Assembly (NCBI GenBank): GCA_016748015.1
Contig: JAAOMT010000135.1
Location: 248,001 to 312,000, forward strand
Direction: 5' to 3'
DNA from: Geosiphon pyriformis uo1
Lineage: Eukaryota > Fungi > Glomeromycota
Length of the DNA: 64,000 nucleotides
Shown: one piece after another, positions 48,280 to 64,000 of the stretch
Layout of the letters: each line of letters starts with the position of its first letter
How positions within the stretch are numbered: position 1 is the first letter of the stretch
Made by a program: the position numbers and the translations under genes
Notes under the pieces: generated by a model
The model's database searches: none
Seen by the model: the letters and a program-made list of their open reading frames with translations, nothing else
Told to the model about the DNA's origin: nothing

Positions 48280-50108
48280 ATATATTAATAAAATTTAACT
48301 TTAATAAATATATTATTATTATTATTGTTATTATCTAAATAAAAAAAGTATTGTTTACAGTCAAATTTAAAAAAAATTATGAAAAAAATAAATAGGTTTA
48401 ATATTAGTTTGTTATTAAAAATTTTTGGACTTTTTATAATAATAGTAATTAAATTAATTTTAATTTTAATTAATTATTTAAAAAAAACTTTTATTTAAAA
48501 CCAAAAATAGTGTTTTAAAAACAATTAAAAATTGTTTAAACTTTATATTACTTAAAAAAAGTATTTTAAAAAAGTATTTTTTAGTTGTTTTTACTTTAAA
48601 AATAATTTTTTAAATATTAAAACTAATAAAAAAACATTAAAAATAAGAATTATAATTATTTTATTTTTTGCTTTATTTATAATTATAAAGATAAAAAAAA
48701 TGAAAAAGTTTTTTAATATTTATTAAGTATATAATTTATATAAAATATGTTAAAATATTTATAATATTAATAATTAAAATTAAAATAGTTGTTATAATAT
48801 TAATATAATAATATAACTATTATTTTAATATATTATTAGTTCTAATAAATTTTTTAAAAACAAATTTAAATTTTGTTGATCATAGTTTAAGCAAAAAAAA
48901 ATTTTTAATCAATTGTATTTATTTTAAATTTTGAAACTTTTAAATATTAATTAATATATTTTTTGTAAAAATGTTATTTTAATAAGCTGTGATTAGTGTA
49001 ATACTTAATTGTCATATGGTTACAATTTCAATTATATAGTTACAATCAAAGTAATATTTATTTGTTACATTTGCAATTTATCTTAGGACCAAATATTCAC
49101 TTTTATTCCAAAGTAAATTAGTTTTTGCTTGAAATGTTCTTTGACTGATAGATTCAGTTCTATTATAAATTACATACAAAGTTGCAAATTTGATTTCACT
49201 TTGAAAATAGTAAAAATGAAATTGATTCGGAATGGGTAAAAAATGAAAAGCTTTATATGTGGTAACTCTTTTATTTTCATCATAGAAAAAAACATTTGAG
49301 TTTATTTAATGATATCAATATGAAATAGTTATGTTTTTTATGAATCAACTTGTTTTATTTTTATATTTCAATGTGTTTAAAGGAGTGCAGTGCGTTTGGT
49401 GTTTTTTCTACAATTAATAAAACAATAACTATGCCCTAAACGATAAATTATAATAATTATACGAAAAGCCCTTTATAAACCATGGGTAAAATTCTCTGAT
49501 TCGGTATTATAAATGGGACAATAACAACATATATTTTAATTATACCCAATTGCTTTATTTAGTTAACTTTTAAAATTAATGCTTTCCTTAATTGATTTAA
49601 AAGCAATATTAGAATTAATATTTATTCTTAATTATATTTGATTTAACTTTTATGAATATTTATAACACAATTATTTGTGTTTAGTTAATTAATAATTGTT
49701 CTTTTATCCATTTCTTTAATATCCTCCATCCACGGGAAAGTTCGAATTTTTCGGGAATATTTTTATGCTATAGTAAATTGAGGGTGGACTCGGATCTAAG
49801 CTTTAAATCTTTATGTAAATAGTTATATTTACATTTTTAGCTGGGTGATTGATTCAATCCACTTGATTAGGCTAATTTTCATAAAATCTAACTTTAATCT
49901 TGGCTAACTTCAAAGGGCAATATCAAAGAATTAGTATTTTTAGATTTGATAATAATCTTTTCAATAGTTTTTTCTTTTTGACAAAAATAGTTAGGATAAT
50001 ATGGGATCTAAAATTTTCGATGATAGAATAAAAATTTTTGGGGGAAAACAGAAAAACCAACCTATTCAAAAAATTACTTTGCAAAGAAAAATAACTTTTT
50101 TTTTAAAA

Positions 50109-52220
<2,112 letters not shown>

Positions 52221-52299
52221 GTCTTTATTTTGTTTCGTGTTAAAACAAACGGAACCCCAGGAGACGAATGAATCAAATTCCATGTAAATAGAATTTTAG

Positions 52300-55200
52300 C
52301 CTTAAATTTAATTATTTTTCATTACTTTGATACTTTTAAGATATTTTTGACCTTATTTCAACTGTTAATTATTTTACTTTATTATTACTTTTTTAACAAA
52401 TAAAATTTTCAAATTAAAAACATTATTAAAAATTTATTTGAAGAAATATCTGATAACAACCGCTCAATAAACTTAATAAATAATTTTTTGTTGCTGTTGT
52501 TGTTGTTTATAATATTGTATTAGTTATTTATTTATTTATTTTGTGGTTTCATTCTTAAACAATCTTCATATTTAAATTGTCAAATCTATATCTGAATAAT
52601 TGCATTTTAAGTTAATAGATTTATACAAATTTGTATAACCAGTTTTTATTTTTGAGTTATTTTTAACTTTATTCTAAACATAATTTTAAATTACAAAATT
52701 TATAAAACATATAAGCTGTTTTTACGAAAAAAAATAAAATCATATTTTTATTGTTTTATAATTACTACAGAAATACTTTTTATAATATTCTTCCATGTAT
52801 AATATTTTTTTTCTTTTTAAAACAGATTTTTTGTATTAGATTCGAATATTTATAATTATATAAAAGTACAATTTTGTGAATTATACTATTTGAAATATTC
52901 TAATATAAACTAATTATTAAACTTGAAAATCAATAACATAAAAAATTTAAAAATTAACAACTTATAAGAATAATATTGTATTTTTTTCTAATTATAATAC
53001 CTATTTATGTAAAATATTTAGAATAATATAGAAAGCATTTTATAATATATTTAAAATCTTTTTAAATAATGTGAAAATTTTAATGTTTATTTATTATAAA
53101 TATGCTTAAACATTTAATTTTTTGTTGGTTTTTTACAAAATTTTACATTATTATTCTATATACTTTATATTTAATAAACTTTATCAAACCTAATTACAAT
53201 TAGTAATTTTTTATTTTATAATTATTTAAAATATAAATTTTTTATTTATTTTTAAACTAATTAAACTTTTTAAACTTATCAGTAATTAAATTTAAAATAT
53301 ACTTAATTTAAGTTTTTAAAAAAATAAACTAAATATTTATATTTATAATAAAATTTATATTGGTAACAAAAAAAAAATAATTAAATTTAATTTAATCTTT
53401 TTAATTCCAAATTTTATTATATAAAACAGATTTTTTAACTTGGATTTTTACAATAATGTTAAATTTCAAAATAAAAGTTATTTGTTCAACTTATTTTAAT
53501 AATTAGTAATTGTTTTTTAGATATTATTAAATTCAATAATATTTTTAAAAAACAAAAAAAAAAAATAACTTTAATTTTTATTTTGTTAGTACAATTTTTA
53601 TAATTAAATATAATTATATATTAAAATATAACTTTTAAAATTAATAATAATTAGTCAAAATTTATTATATTAAACAATATAATTAATAAAATTATTTAAA
53701 TTTTATCTATTAAAAACAAACTTACTTAAAAATAATTTGGTTTTTTTTATACTATTTTCAATATTATATTTATTTATTTGTTATAATATTATTAAATATT
53801 TAATGATTAAATTATTTAAATAAAATGGTTTAAAAATATTTATTTTAATATTATTTATTTTTTTTAGTTTTAAAATCTTAGCATAAAACTTAAAAAAAAA
53901 ATTAAAAATCTTAAAATTATTTACAAATTTAATTAAAAACTTTAAAAAAAAGATAAAATTACTTTACAATTTATAACTAAATAATTTAACTTTAATATTT
54001 ATTATAATAATAATAATATTTAGAAATTTTTTATTAAATATAATACTTATATAAAGTATTAGTTTTTAAAACAGCAAAATTTATAGTTTTTAAAATATTA
54101 AAAATTACAATAACAAAATATTAACAGTAATAAAAATTAAAAAAGCAAAAAATAAAACATATTTAATTATTAACTTAAAAAATCAAATTATTAATTTTAA
54201 AGACAGTATAACCAAAAAAAATTAACTAATTAGATTTTAAAATTAGTTTTCAAAACAAGAATTTTTTTTTAATTAAGCAAAAAAAAAATTTTAATTCTAT
54301 TTTTTTTAACTAATATAAATTAATAAACAAAAACAACAACAGAAAAAAAGTTCTTAAAATAAACAATAATATATTGTTATAAATCAATAAATTTTAACTT
54401 AATAAAAATAATTTTATCAAAAACATTAAAGATATTTTTAATATTATTAAAATATATTAAGAAAAGTATTACAAAATATAATATAAGCAAAAATTATTAT
54501 AAAAAATTTTATAATTTTAAAAATAATCAAAAAAACAGAATTATTAATAATAATTTTTAGTAAACAACAACCAAAAAAATTTTAAAAACAAAATTTACAC
54601 AAAACAATTTAATATTGTTTTTTAAAACCACTTTAAATTTAATAAAACCAGACAACAATTAAAAAATAAAACCATATATTAAAATAAAAACGATTTACTT
54701 GAAAATTTTTTAATAATTAATAATAGTTTTTTAAATATTACCAAAAAACAAAAATTAATTTGATTTTTAAGATTAAGTAATTTAATAAGTTTATTAGTAA
54801 AAAATATATTCAAAAACATATTTTGTTTTGTTTTTAAAATTAACAATAAACTACTAAAAAATATTATATTTAATAATACAACCAATAATTAATCTTAACT
54901 TATTATAAAAGATATATTATTATTATTATTATTTATATTAAAAAAAGAGCTAATTGTTTTAATAAAAATTTTATTCAAGATTTTATTTAAAACCACAAAA
55001 AAGTTTGATATAATAATAGTAAATAAAAATAATTGTTATTGTTTTTTAAAGTTTTTGGTTTTTTTGGTTATTTATAATAATAATAATAATAATATAAATA
55101 ATAAAAACAAAAAACCAGTTGGTTAATTGGTTTATTATTAAATATTTTAAAACTAAAAATAATATTAAAATTAATTTATGTGTGTTTTTTAAAAAATATT

Positions 55201-55402
55201 TGATTAAAAAAAAACCAATAATTAAAAAAAATAATTTAAAAATTGTTAAAAACAGTTTTATATTATTAATGTTTAAAAAAAATGTTTTTAAACTATTTTG
55301 TTTAGCTATTTTTATAACAAAAAATATTTTTTTTGTTGAAATTTTATTAATTATTATAAAAAAAAAGTATCTAATTTTTAAATAATAATTGGTTTTTACT
55401 TA

Positions 55403-55445
<43 letters not shown>

Positions 55446-57050
55446 TTTTGTAAAAAAATAAAAAAACAATTTAATTTTTATGTTTTTTAATACAAAAATT
55501 ACAATATATATTATTAAAATTATTATTAAAATTATATAAAAAAGATCTATATTATTATGTTAATTAATAAAATTAAAAGATTGATAATTTTTTTAATTAT
55601 AATAAAATTTTTTTATAATCTAATTAATATTTTAAATTAAATACAAAAAATTTTAAAAAACTAAAAAACATAAACAAAATTAATAAATAATATATATAAT
55701 CTGATAAAAGATTTTATGATATTTTAAGATTTTTATATATTTTTATTTTTATAATTTTATATTTTAAATTTATAATTATTGTTTAAAAATAATTGTTAAA
55801 AATATAATAATTAATATTAATAAAGTTTTAAATTAAGTTATTTAAATTTGATTATTTAAATTATTAATTTTAAAAAATAATATACTAAATAAATTTATAA
55901 TTAATTTAATATATATAAATAGTTACTATACTTAAATAGTTTTAATATAATATATAAATTTAATATAATTTATATATATATACAAATTTTTGTTAATTTA
56001 ATAAAATATTAGTTTTATATTAAGTTAATTTTTTTTATAGTTTTATAATAAACAACTAGTTTTTTTTCATATGTTTTTTGTTTTTTTTATGCTTTAGATA
56101 TTTGTTATTAATATTTTAAGTATGTTTTAATATTTATTATTAATATTTTGATTATATTTTTTTTAGTCTTTTATATACTTATTATTATTATTTTGAATTA
56201 TATTATTTTTATGATTTTTTATATATTTATTATTAATATTTCGAGTTTTATTATTTATGTTCTTTAAAAACATCTTAAATTAATATTTTGTATTATATTT
56301 TTTTAATTAAAAATAATTAATTTATTATTTAATTTTGTTTTTATTATAATATTAAATAAATAATAAAAGTTGTTATATTATTTAAAAATATTATTTTTAT
56401 AATAATTTTGAATTAATAAACTATTTTATTTATATTATATTTTATAAACTTGTTAAATAATTTTTTTTACTTATTTTCTTAATTTGAATTTTTAAACGCC
56501 ATATATTTTTATTAATTGGAAAATTTTGGTTTAATTTTGATAATATAGTTTTGGATTTTATTTGATTTTATAAAAATATTTGAATATTATAGAAATATAT
56601 AAATCAAAAATAATAATAATTAACATAAATAAGATTTTTTATTTTAAAATAAGTATTAAAAAGATTTATTATAATAATCTTAATTAATTTAAATAATTAA
56701 TTATATATAATTTTTATATAATTTAAGTTTAATATATAATAATATTATTATATAAAATTAGTCTATAATTTAACTATATTATTAACAGAAAAAAACTATT
56801 TGTGTAATTTTATAAAAACTAATTTACATTAAAATTTTTGATAAATATTTAAAAAAATCAATGTATTATTAATTGCTTTAAAAATCAAAAAAATCAAAAA
56901 AAATAACAAAATTTTATTAAATTGCTTAAAAAAAGAAAAAGAAAAAAACATTTTGTAAAATATGCTTGCACATTTTAACAATTAATATTTATAAATAAAA
57001 TATTTATTTAAGCTGTAATTTGAACACTTTTGCTAATATATTACTTTCTT
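52300..57050. other. AT desert with a minus-strand ORF1-family ghost
   Basis: Reverse complement of ~54590-54640 reads F-K-V-V-L-K-N-N-I-K-L-F-C-V-N-F, matching 10878-10925. Confidence 0.65.
55404..55443. repeat. (AAT)~13 microsatellite
   Basis: Perfect trinucleotide run. Confidence 0.9.
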
Positions 57051-57344
57051 TTGTGAGTTTATTTTAAGTTTCAAGAAATTTATGTTATGAATTTCATTTT
57101 TAATAACATTGTCAAATATAACAAAAACCATTTAATTTTTTCACATTGAGGATTATTTTCTAAAATACACCCTAGGCCTCCAAATGCTCTTCAAAGTAAA
57201 CTGTTTTACTTTGTAATATCTCATGGTGAATGTAAGATTTTCACACATCTAGTTGCAAATAACAATAGTAGTAATTGAAAGAGAATAAATCATCAGTAAT
57301 ATCAAATGTAGAAGAACAAACTTGTCATGAACTAACCCAAAGAG

Positions 57345-58425
57345 TTAAACGTAATATTGGTTAGACTGTAAATTCTTAGCAATCTCGGGCTCCCACTTAT
57401 CCCCGTTGGACAACAATTTTTCCTTATTGTACAAAAGTTCTTCCCGTGTTTCAGTTGCATATTCAAAATTGGGTCCTTCCACAATTGCATCAACTGGACA
57501 TGCTTCCTAATATTTGAATTAATAAAGAATATTTAATGACATTCATTGAAAAGATACGATTAAAGACTCATTACCTGACAGAACCCGCAATAACTATAAA
57601 AAGATAATGCATGCTTTTTAGATTGAAAAACACAACTGAAGAGCAATCAAAATAATAAAACGAAAACTTTGTTTACCCACATGCATTTAGTCATATCAAT
57701 GTCATAACGAGTGGTACGACGACTACCATCTTCTCGAGTTTCCGCTTCGATTGTAATCGCTTGGGCAGGACAGATAACCTCACAAAGCTTACAAGCAATG
57801 CATCTATCATTAGAAACATATTTTATTATATGAAATTATAATCCATTGTAGTAAAATATGATCGTAGCAGAAATCCCTTAATACCTTTCTTCGCCTAAAA
57901 GTTTCGTCAAAAGAGAGATTCCCCGTTTAATTTCATAATGGGATTATTTGATCTTAATTTTGCCCTACTTACCTGTAGGATACCTCCGTAAAGCGTGTTC
58001 ACCTCGAAACCTAGGGCTTAATGGTCCTTTTTCAAAAGGATACATAATGGTATAGGGTGGGCGAAACGCCTGTTCCATGCCAATCCACATACCCCGTAAA
58101 ATTTCTGTCACGAAAAAAAGTTCCGCTGATTTATCAAGGAAGGAAGGACCTTTATCAATATCGACAATTTCATCTGCCCGTTTGTGATGACGATGGGTTT
58201 TGATCGTTGGAAGCTTGGAGTGAAAACTGGCAATTTTCGAGACCCCTCTGGGAAGTATAGTGATAGGTGTAGATCGGACAGCTAATCAAGAATTAGGACA
58301 TTCGGAAATCCAATCATTTAAAACACCACAAAGTAGTGCTCTCGTGCCTTTTCAACTTAACTGGACATCAAGGTTCTGGTCAACAAAGGAGAGTAAGCGT
58401 GGAGGTATGGCTTGATTTTCAACAT
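57345..58425 (-). CDS. NDUFS8: NADH:ubiquinone oxidoreductase 23-kDa (TYKY) Fe-S subunit; 6 exons including 10-nt and 19-nt micro-exons
   Basis: [81 protein letters not shown]; N-terminal mitochondrial presequence-like segment. Confidence 0.96.
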
Positions 58426-58858
58426 TTCGTAACACCTTGAATATGTTAAATTTTTCAGTTTTAAGTTGGTTACTTCACTTTACAATTACTGCCATTTAGG
58501 TCTACTAATCTATAATGTCATCAAAGTTACGTAAGCCATCGGCGATTATTCGGGTTATGTCAATTGGTAAAATGTCATCATTTCCACAAAAAACAAAATT
58601 ACTATGTACCAATTTATTTAATTCACAAGGTTTTTTAATTGTTCGACGACAAACAAACAAGCCAAAAAAATATACAATAATAACTAACACAAGGGGTAAG
58701 TAAGAGTCTTTATACAATTCAAAGAAAAGGGTTGGTGAGTGCTAGAGATAGTAGTGAAGATTAAAGGAGTTTTTTTTGTTAATTACGAGGTGATGTAATT
58801 CGATGCTCTAAACTTATTAAATTAATGAAAAAGTGAAAACAAGGACGAAACATAAAAT

Positions 58859-61509
58859 TTAATCGCTTCCCATGAAATCGAAAAGAACTTGCGTAGGTTG
58901 TTCGTTGGATCCCTCACATTTAGGCGGTGCTTTGTAACCTTCTTTTCGTACGCCACCACCCCATGGACTACCCCCAACAAGCTTAGCACCAAAACCTAGA
59001 CCACGTTTAGCAAAACCACGCCAGATTTCACACTCGTTTTCACCACCAGTTAGAACGTCATCGGCTTGAAGGATAGCGTCACGTGCATCGACGAATGTGG
59101 GTCGACATGGTTGTAATTTTAAGCCATCAACCACAAGTTGAAATGCAAGAGTGTTACCATGTTTTGGAATCTTTTTAGTGGTGCCCGGTTTATTCGAACC
59201 TCTTCGAGATTTCTTGTACCACGATGAATCGTCACCTTGCGTTGGTGGGAGCCATTCTGATGTGAATCCATGTTTATCTACTAAGTTCCAATAAATTTCA
59301 TATAACATTTCAGCCCAGACAGCCCTAATAAATTAGAATAAAATCAACAGGATTAGCATGAAATCGAAATACAGGGCCAAACTAAACTTTAGGAAAAGTC
59401 AGTTTTATGACTTACCCTTTAGCATGTACACCCCAATAACCAGGTTTATCCATCCACGCAAATGTTTCGGGATTTACCTTTAGCGATGTGGAGTACTAAA
59501 TCCAAGAGAAATAAGTTAAGTCGTATGCTTTGAATTATTTTCTATGAGAATTTGACAAACAAACTAAATATTGAAATAAATAAACAAACCTTGTATCGCC
59601 TAATACCTTCACCACCATTTGCCCAATCACCCATACCAAAGGCCGCATCTCTTGTAAAACTATTCTTCATTCGTAGAATAGTGGCAAAGTAATCACCCCA
59701 TCCTTCACCCATACCACCGGCTTCACCCCATCCGAGGCAACCACTATTAGCAGGTCCACCAGTCAATCGAGTTGAAATACCGTGTGTATATTCATGAATC
59801 TATTTATATCAAGTTGGATCAGAAATCCGGGTTTAGTGAATTTGTGATTGATGATAATCCAAAAAAAAGTGAAGAAGTGGATCATATTGAAATATACTTA
59901 CAATAATACCAGCCTCAAAATCACCATCCCGCCATGGGTCGACAACATCCCATACATACATTCGCATTTTAGCATGTTGCCCATCTGGTGGTGTTGCGAA
60001 ATTTGCATTATTGTATCTATAAATGTTTCCAAAAATTTGTTTATTTTTAGCTGAGATTCTTTATTCATGTAAATCTTGTCCACTTATACTTACCCCGAAC
60101 CATCTTGGGCATTGGCAATAACGGCATCTTTATCTTTACCTCCTTTGCCATAATTGTTTTGTTGGAAATTACCGGCAATTTCGTTAAAGCCATATCTGTA
60201 GAAGAGATCGTGAATCTATTGATATGATTGAAATGTTTCAAGATGAGTTTTTGCGAAACTGCTAATTAACTTAGAATTGATCGAAACTGTGTTTATGTAC
60301 CATATTGTTTATGTAAAAGAGATTTGTGACAGAAGCATCGATATATGTTTTTGGTGATTTATCCAAGTTCAATGGGAAATCGAATTCAAGAAAATGACCA
60401 CCTTCTGGACGATAATTATCTTCCCATTCCCAATTTCCTTGAAGGTTTTCATGTGCATAGACATTGTTACCGACGGTAACGGTAAAATTCTTGGAACGAC
60501 CTTGTGAATGCCAGCCGTAAGGTGAGGCAATTTTATCGGCTGGATCCGTGACCAATTTACGAACGCCATCCGAAGGATCGTTCAATCCCAATGGAAAAAC
60601 ATGATATGCTGCATCGGCAACCCAATCAATTAGTGCCACAAGTTTACCATCATGTGCGTTAACTTGGGCATGATACCAATTGTTTTCCATCTCAGCTTTC
60701 ACATCCCAGCAAAGTTGTAAGGTGTCATCGTCCAATTGAAGATATACCTGAGTCATTTCTACATCAGAGAGTGCGAATGGGACGTTGGTGGCAAGTACCA
60801 CGGGTTCACCATCAAGTGATACTGATTCGGTATAGTTGATCTTTTCAGGATGGGGAACTTCTTGGTTAATGTGTTTTGCCAATGAAAATAGAGCTTCCTC
60901 AGGTGAAATCACTAAGGCACCAAGATTATTGAAGTGATACGAGCTGATTTCAGATTTCTTTGATTTAATCGAATCACGTTTCGTTTTTCGAATGAATTTG
61001 ATTCGTGTAACGTCGATCTTCCATTTATATGGTTTAGGTTGATCATCATCGATATCCACTTGATCATCACGCAAAATTGAATCGATAGTGTTGGTTGAAG
61101 ATCCTTTTGATCGTTTTCCCTTATGGAAAGAGTCACCATAAGAAATAACACGACCATTTTCATCAATATTCACATTTATATCACCGTTAACCACTTCTAA
61201 ATCGTTAATTATTTGACGCAAGTAAACATGAGTAACACCGTTATGTTCAGAAGTATACGAATTTTTTATTTTAAATTCGGACTTCGTTAAGTTTTCTTTC
61301 ACGAATTGCAGAGCAATTTTTAGCGGGTCCGCTCGCAGGGCAGAAGTGAAACCGTCTGTAAGCTCTTTTACGGAGGGAGCGTTATATATACGATGGTCGA
61401 GTTCCGGCCCAAAGTTGGCTAGACGACCGATATGGTTTTCCCTCGCCGCGTTAGCAACTATAGCCAGCAAGGCCAAGAACAAGGCAGCTTGCCTACCAGG
61501 TGTCTTCAT
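58859..61509 (-). CDS. Secreted metalloprotease, fungalysin (M36), multi-exon
   Basis: Signal peptide; FTP propeptide ([26 protein letters not shown]); [18 protein letters not shown]; GGMGEGWGD; [19 protein letters not shown]; [11 protein letters not shown]. Confidence 0.95.
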
Positions 61510-64000
61510 ATTTTAAATTTATATTGGCGAGACCAAGAACGGCAACACAGAGAATAGTAAAATGGTTTTTATCAATTAAACGAGTTATTCCAAAAGGAAA
61601 AAAGCTCGAAACGAACAAATTTATCGTAGAACTAAAGAAAAGTTTGGTATTCACAAAAACGGCCAAAAAAGACCAAACTGCAATACCACCAAAGATGAAA
61701 ATAAAAATTTCTTATTCTTTTCACCAGCCTAAAACTCGGGATGTCTCAAATAAATAAGTCGTCAAAAAGGGGAAGCCAGAATTAGAATGTAAGGAAAAAT
61801 CACAAACACACAGGCTAACGCTCGTACCACTCCAATTGAGCGAAACCCCAAATTGGATCAAAGATAAGGTACGAAAAGGCGGCGGTGAAGGGGAAAGAAA
61901 GCCTGACCAGGGCTGGACTATAACTAATATAAATAGGTCTTCAAGTAAGCGGAATGGTATTGGATAGTGACACTCGTTCGCGTGGTTTGCCTCTAAACAA
62001 TGTGACCTTGTGACTCTTCACAACAAGAAGCAATGATGACTTGCAGTATATTTGTTTAGGAAACTCGTTGAACCAAAGATCATTTTGATTTGCACGAGTA
62101 AAAACCATAGATAATTGTCAAATGTTCAAAATACGAGATCTGTCCGATATAAAAAAGGGAAATCAGCGACTACAATTTAAAGACAAAGAAAAAGGAAAAG
62201 GAGCAAGAAAAATTGATTTATTAGATAAGACGGTAATAATACCATTATTGTTGAGAATCGATCACACGACCTTCTTAAAAATGTCCCAAAAAGGGTCGCA
62301 CCGTTTCGATCAATGAATCGTGGAATTGTGCAACGAAAATTTGCTTTTTAATCTCTGACTCTTTAGTTGAAGAAATGTAAAGCTGAAGATGATAAAAATT
62401 AGTGTGTGCGGAAGTCGAAAATCTGTAAATTTTTCGTTTGCTTCCTCTAGCTGTTTTACGTTTTCCTTTTTTTTGGGCATATTTGAGAATTGTCAACTCG
62501 TCACCCGATGCCACTTGCACAAACACTATATTTCGAATCGACAAGATTGTGATAGGTCACACGACAGTTAGTCCGAAAGGGATAACGGTGATGGCTGATG
62601 CCGCTTCTAAGAATTTTGCCCTAGAAAGGTAGCATATATGAAACTCGATTTTTGATGTACGAGTGACGGAACTGAAACATCTGAAATCATTGCATAGTTG
62701 TCATCGATGAGTCATTTCTATGCGTGGAGTTTCTCCTTAATTTTTGATATATTACCCCTATTCTGTTTTTCTTTGCATGTGCTTTCTCTTTCCCGAGTTC
62801 CTACTCACATGCACATGCACCGCAATGTACAGTACAATGCATAGCATCACGCGGAATAAATGTCAAACTTTCTAAAGATGGTTTCAACAAACAATTAATT
62901 CCATAGGAACATCATTTGATCCAAATATCAAATGTTGTCACCTTTAGATTGCAGAAAATTTGGCTAAACTTTGCAGAAGTGTTTTTTAGAGTCTCGCAAA
63001 GTAAAAAAATTGAACAATGAATTTTTTTTTTTTTGATTGATCTGTTTTCAACGAAAGATTTTCAAATTTTGTAATAGAATTAATGAATAAGAATTTTAAG
63101 TAAATATGCATTTAATAAAAATATAAAAGTAAATAATAAAAAATAGTTAAAATTTAATAATAATAATAATAATAATAATATGTTTTTTTTTGTTTTTTTA
63201 AAATGCTTTATTCAACATAATTTAACTATGTAATAAATGTAAATCATACACTTTTTACATATAATTAGTTACTTAAGCCAATTAAAATCACTTTACTTAT
63301 TTTAGAACCTAACATATTATTTATTTTAATTCAATATATTAATATTAAAAAACTTTTTTATGACTACAACCAAAAAAAACCAAAAAGATGTTATTTAAAA
63401 AGTTTTTTTAATTATAAAAACAGCTAAACAAAAAGTTTAAAACTGCTTTTTTTAAATATTTTTAAACTAAACCAGTTTTTTGTTGTTTTAAAAGCATTTT
63501 TTTTGTTTTAAGTTCAAAGTTTTTTTCTTTTAAGCTGTATATTAAAACCAATCTTATTATTATTATTATTATTATTATTACTTTTTAGAAAGTTTTAAAA
63601 CAAATTAATAATTAAATTGCTGTTTTTTTTAATATTGCTTTTTTGTAATTTTAAAGAATAGTTTTTTTTTTAATTTTTAAAATATTATTGTTGTTTTAAA
63701 ATCTGTTTTTTTTTTAAAAAATAAAATATTGGTTTTTTTGTTTAATATTAATCTTTTTATTAGTTTTGTTTTAATAATATATTAAATTTAATTATAAACA
63801 ATAATATTTATTAAAATAAATACAAATTAATAAATAGTTATATTATTTAATATAATTATTTTTAACAAATTATTATTAATTATAAAAATAATAAAAATTA
63901 TATCTTAATATAAAATTTTATTTAATTATATTACTAATTAAAAAAAATTGATTTAATAACATAAATATTAAAGTATTTTTTTTAAAAAAACATTATTAAT

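Noticed and set aside
49720-49800. GC-richer island with GTTCGAA as a tRNA or SINE B-box
   Set aside because: No cloverleaf or A-box could be built.
54679-55385. F/L/I/K/N-rich ORFs in AT deserts (also 24997-25212)
   Set aside because: Compositional artefacts or eroded TE relics, not functional genes.

Overview
Eukaryotic, intron-rich, very AT-rich fungal DNA. Gene content and repeat families suggest Glomeromycotina/Mucoromycota; the repeats resemble from memory those of Geosiphon pyriformis, but species assignment is an unverified inference. There are three compartments. (1) CpG-retaining gene islands: an Rrn5-like SANT protein (22.1-23.9 kb); a frequency (FRQ) clock homolog, PMT4 and a FEX fluoride exporter (29.1-39.5 kb, minus strand); and NDUFS8 plus an M36 fungalysin (57.3-61.5 kb). 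(2) Recognisable but transition-riddled, CpG-depleted retroelements: the 3' part of one Ty3/gypsy element, an APE-RT-RNaseH LINE, two full-length copies of a second Ty3/gypsy family, several solo LTRs, and an ORF1-only non-autonomous LINE partner; one Ty3 copy, two solo LTRs and the ORF1-only element form a nested insertion stack. (3) Near-pure AT deserts that can still be read as C>T/G>A-erased ghosts of the same elements. The most unusual items are the four-ORF Ty3/gypsy architecture (gag, -1 frameshift to PR-RT-RH, triple stop, stand-alone integrase, extra ORF3 running into the LTR), the ORF1-only LINE sharing the autonomous LINE 3' end, the RIP-like mutational gradient in a likely non-Dikarya fungus, and an FRQ with a Q-rich QxWN-repeat tail. 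All coordinates and splice models were read by eye.
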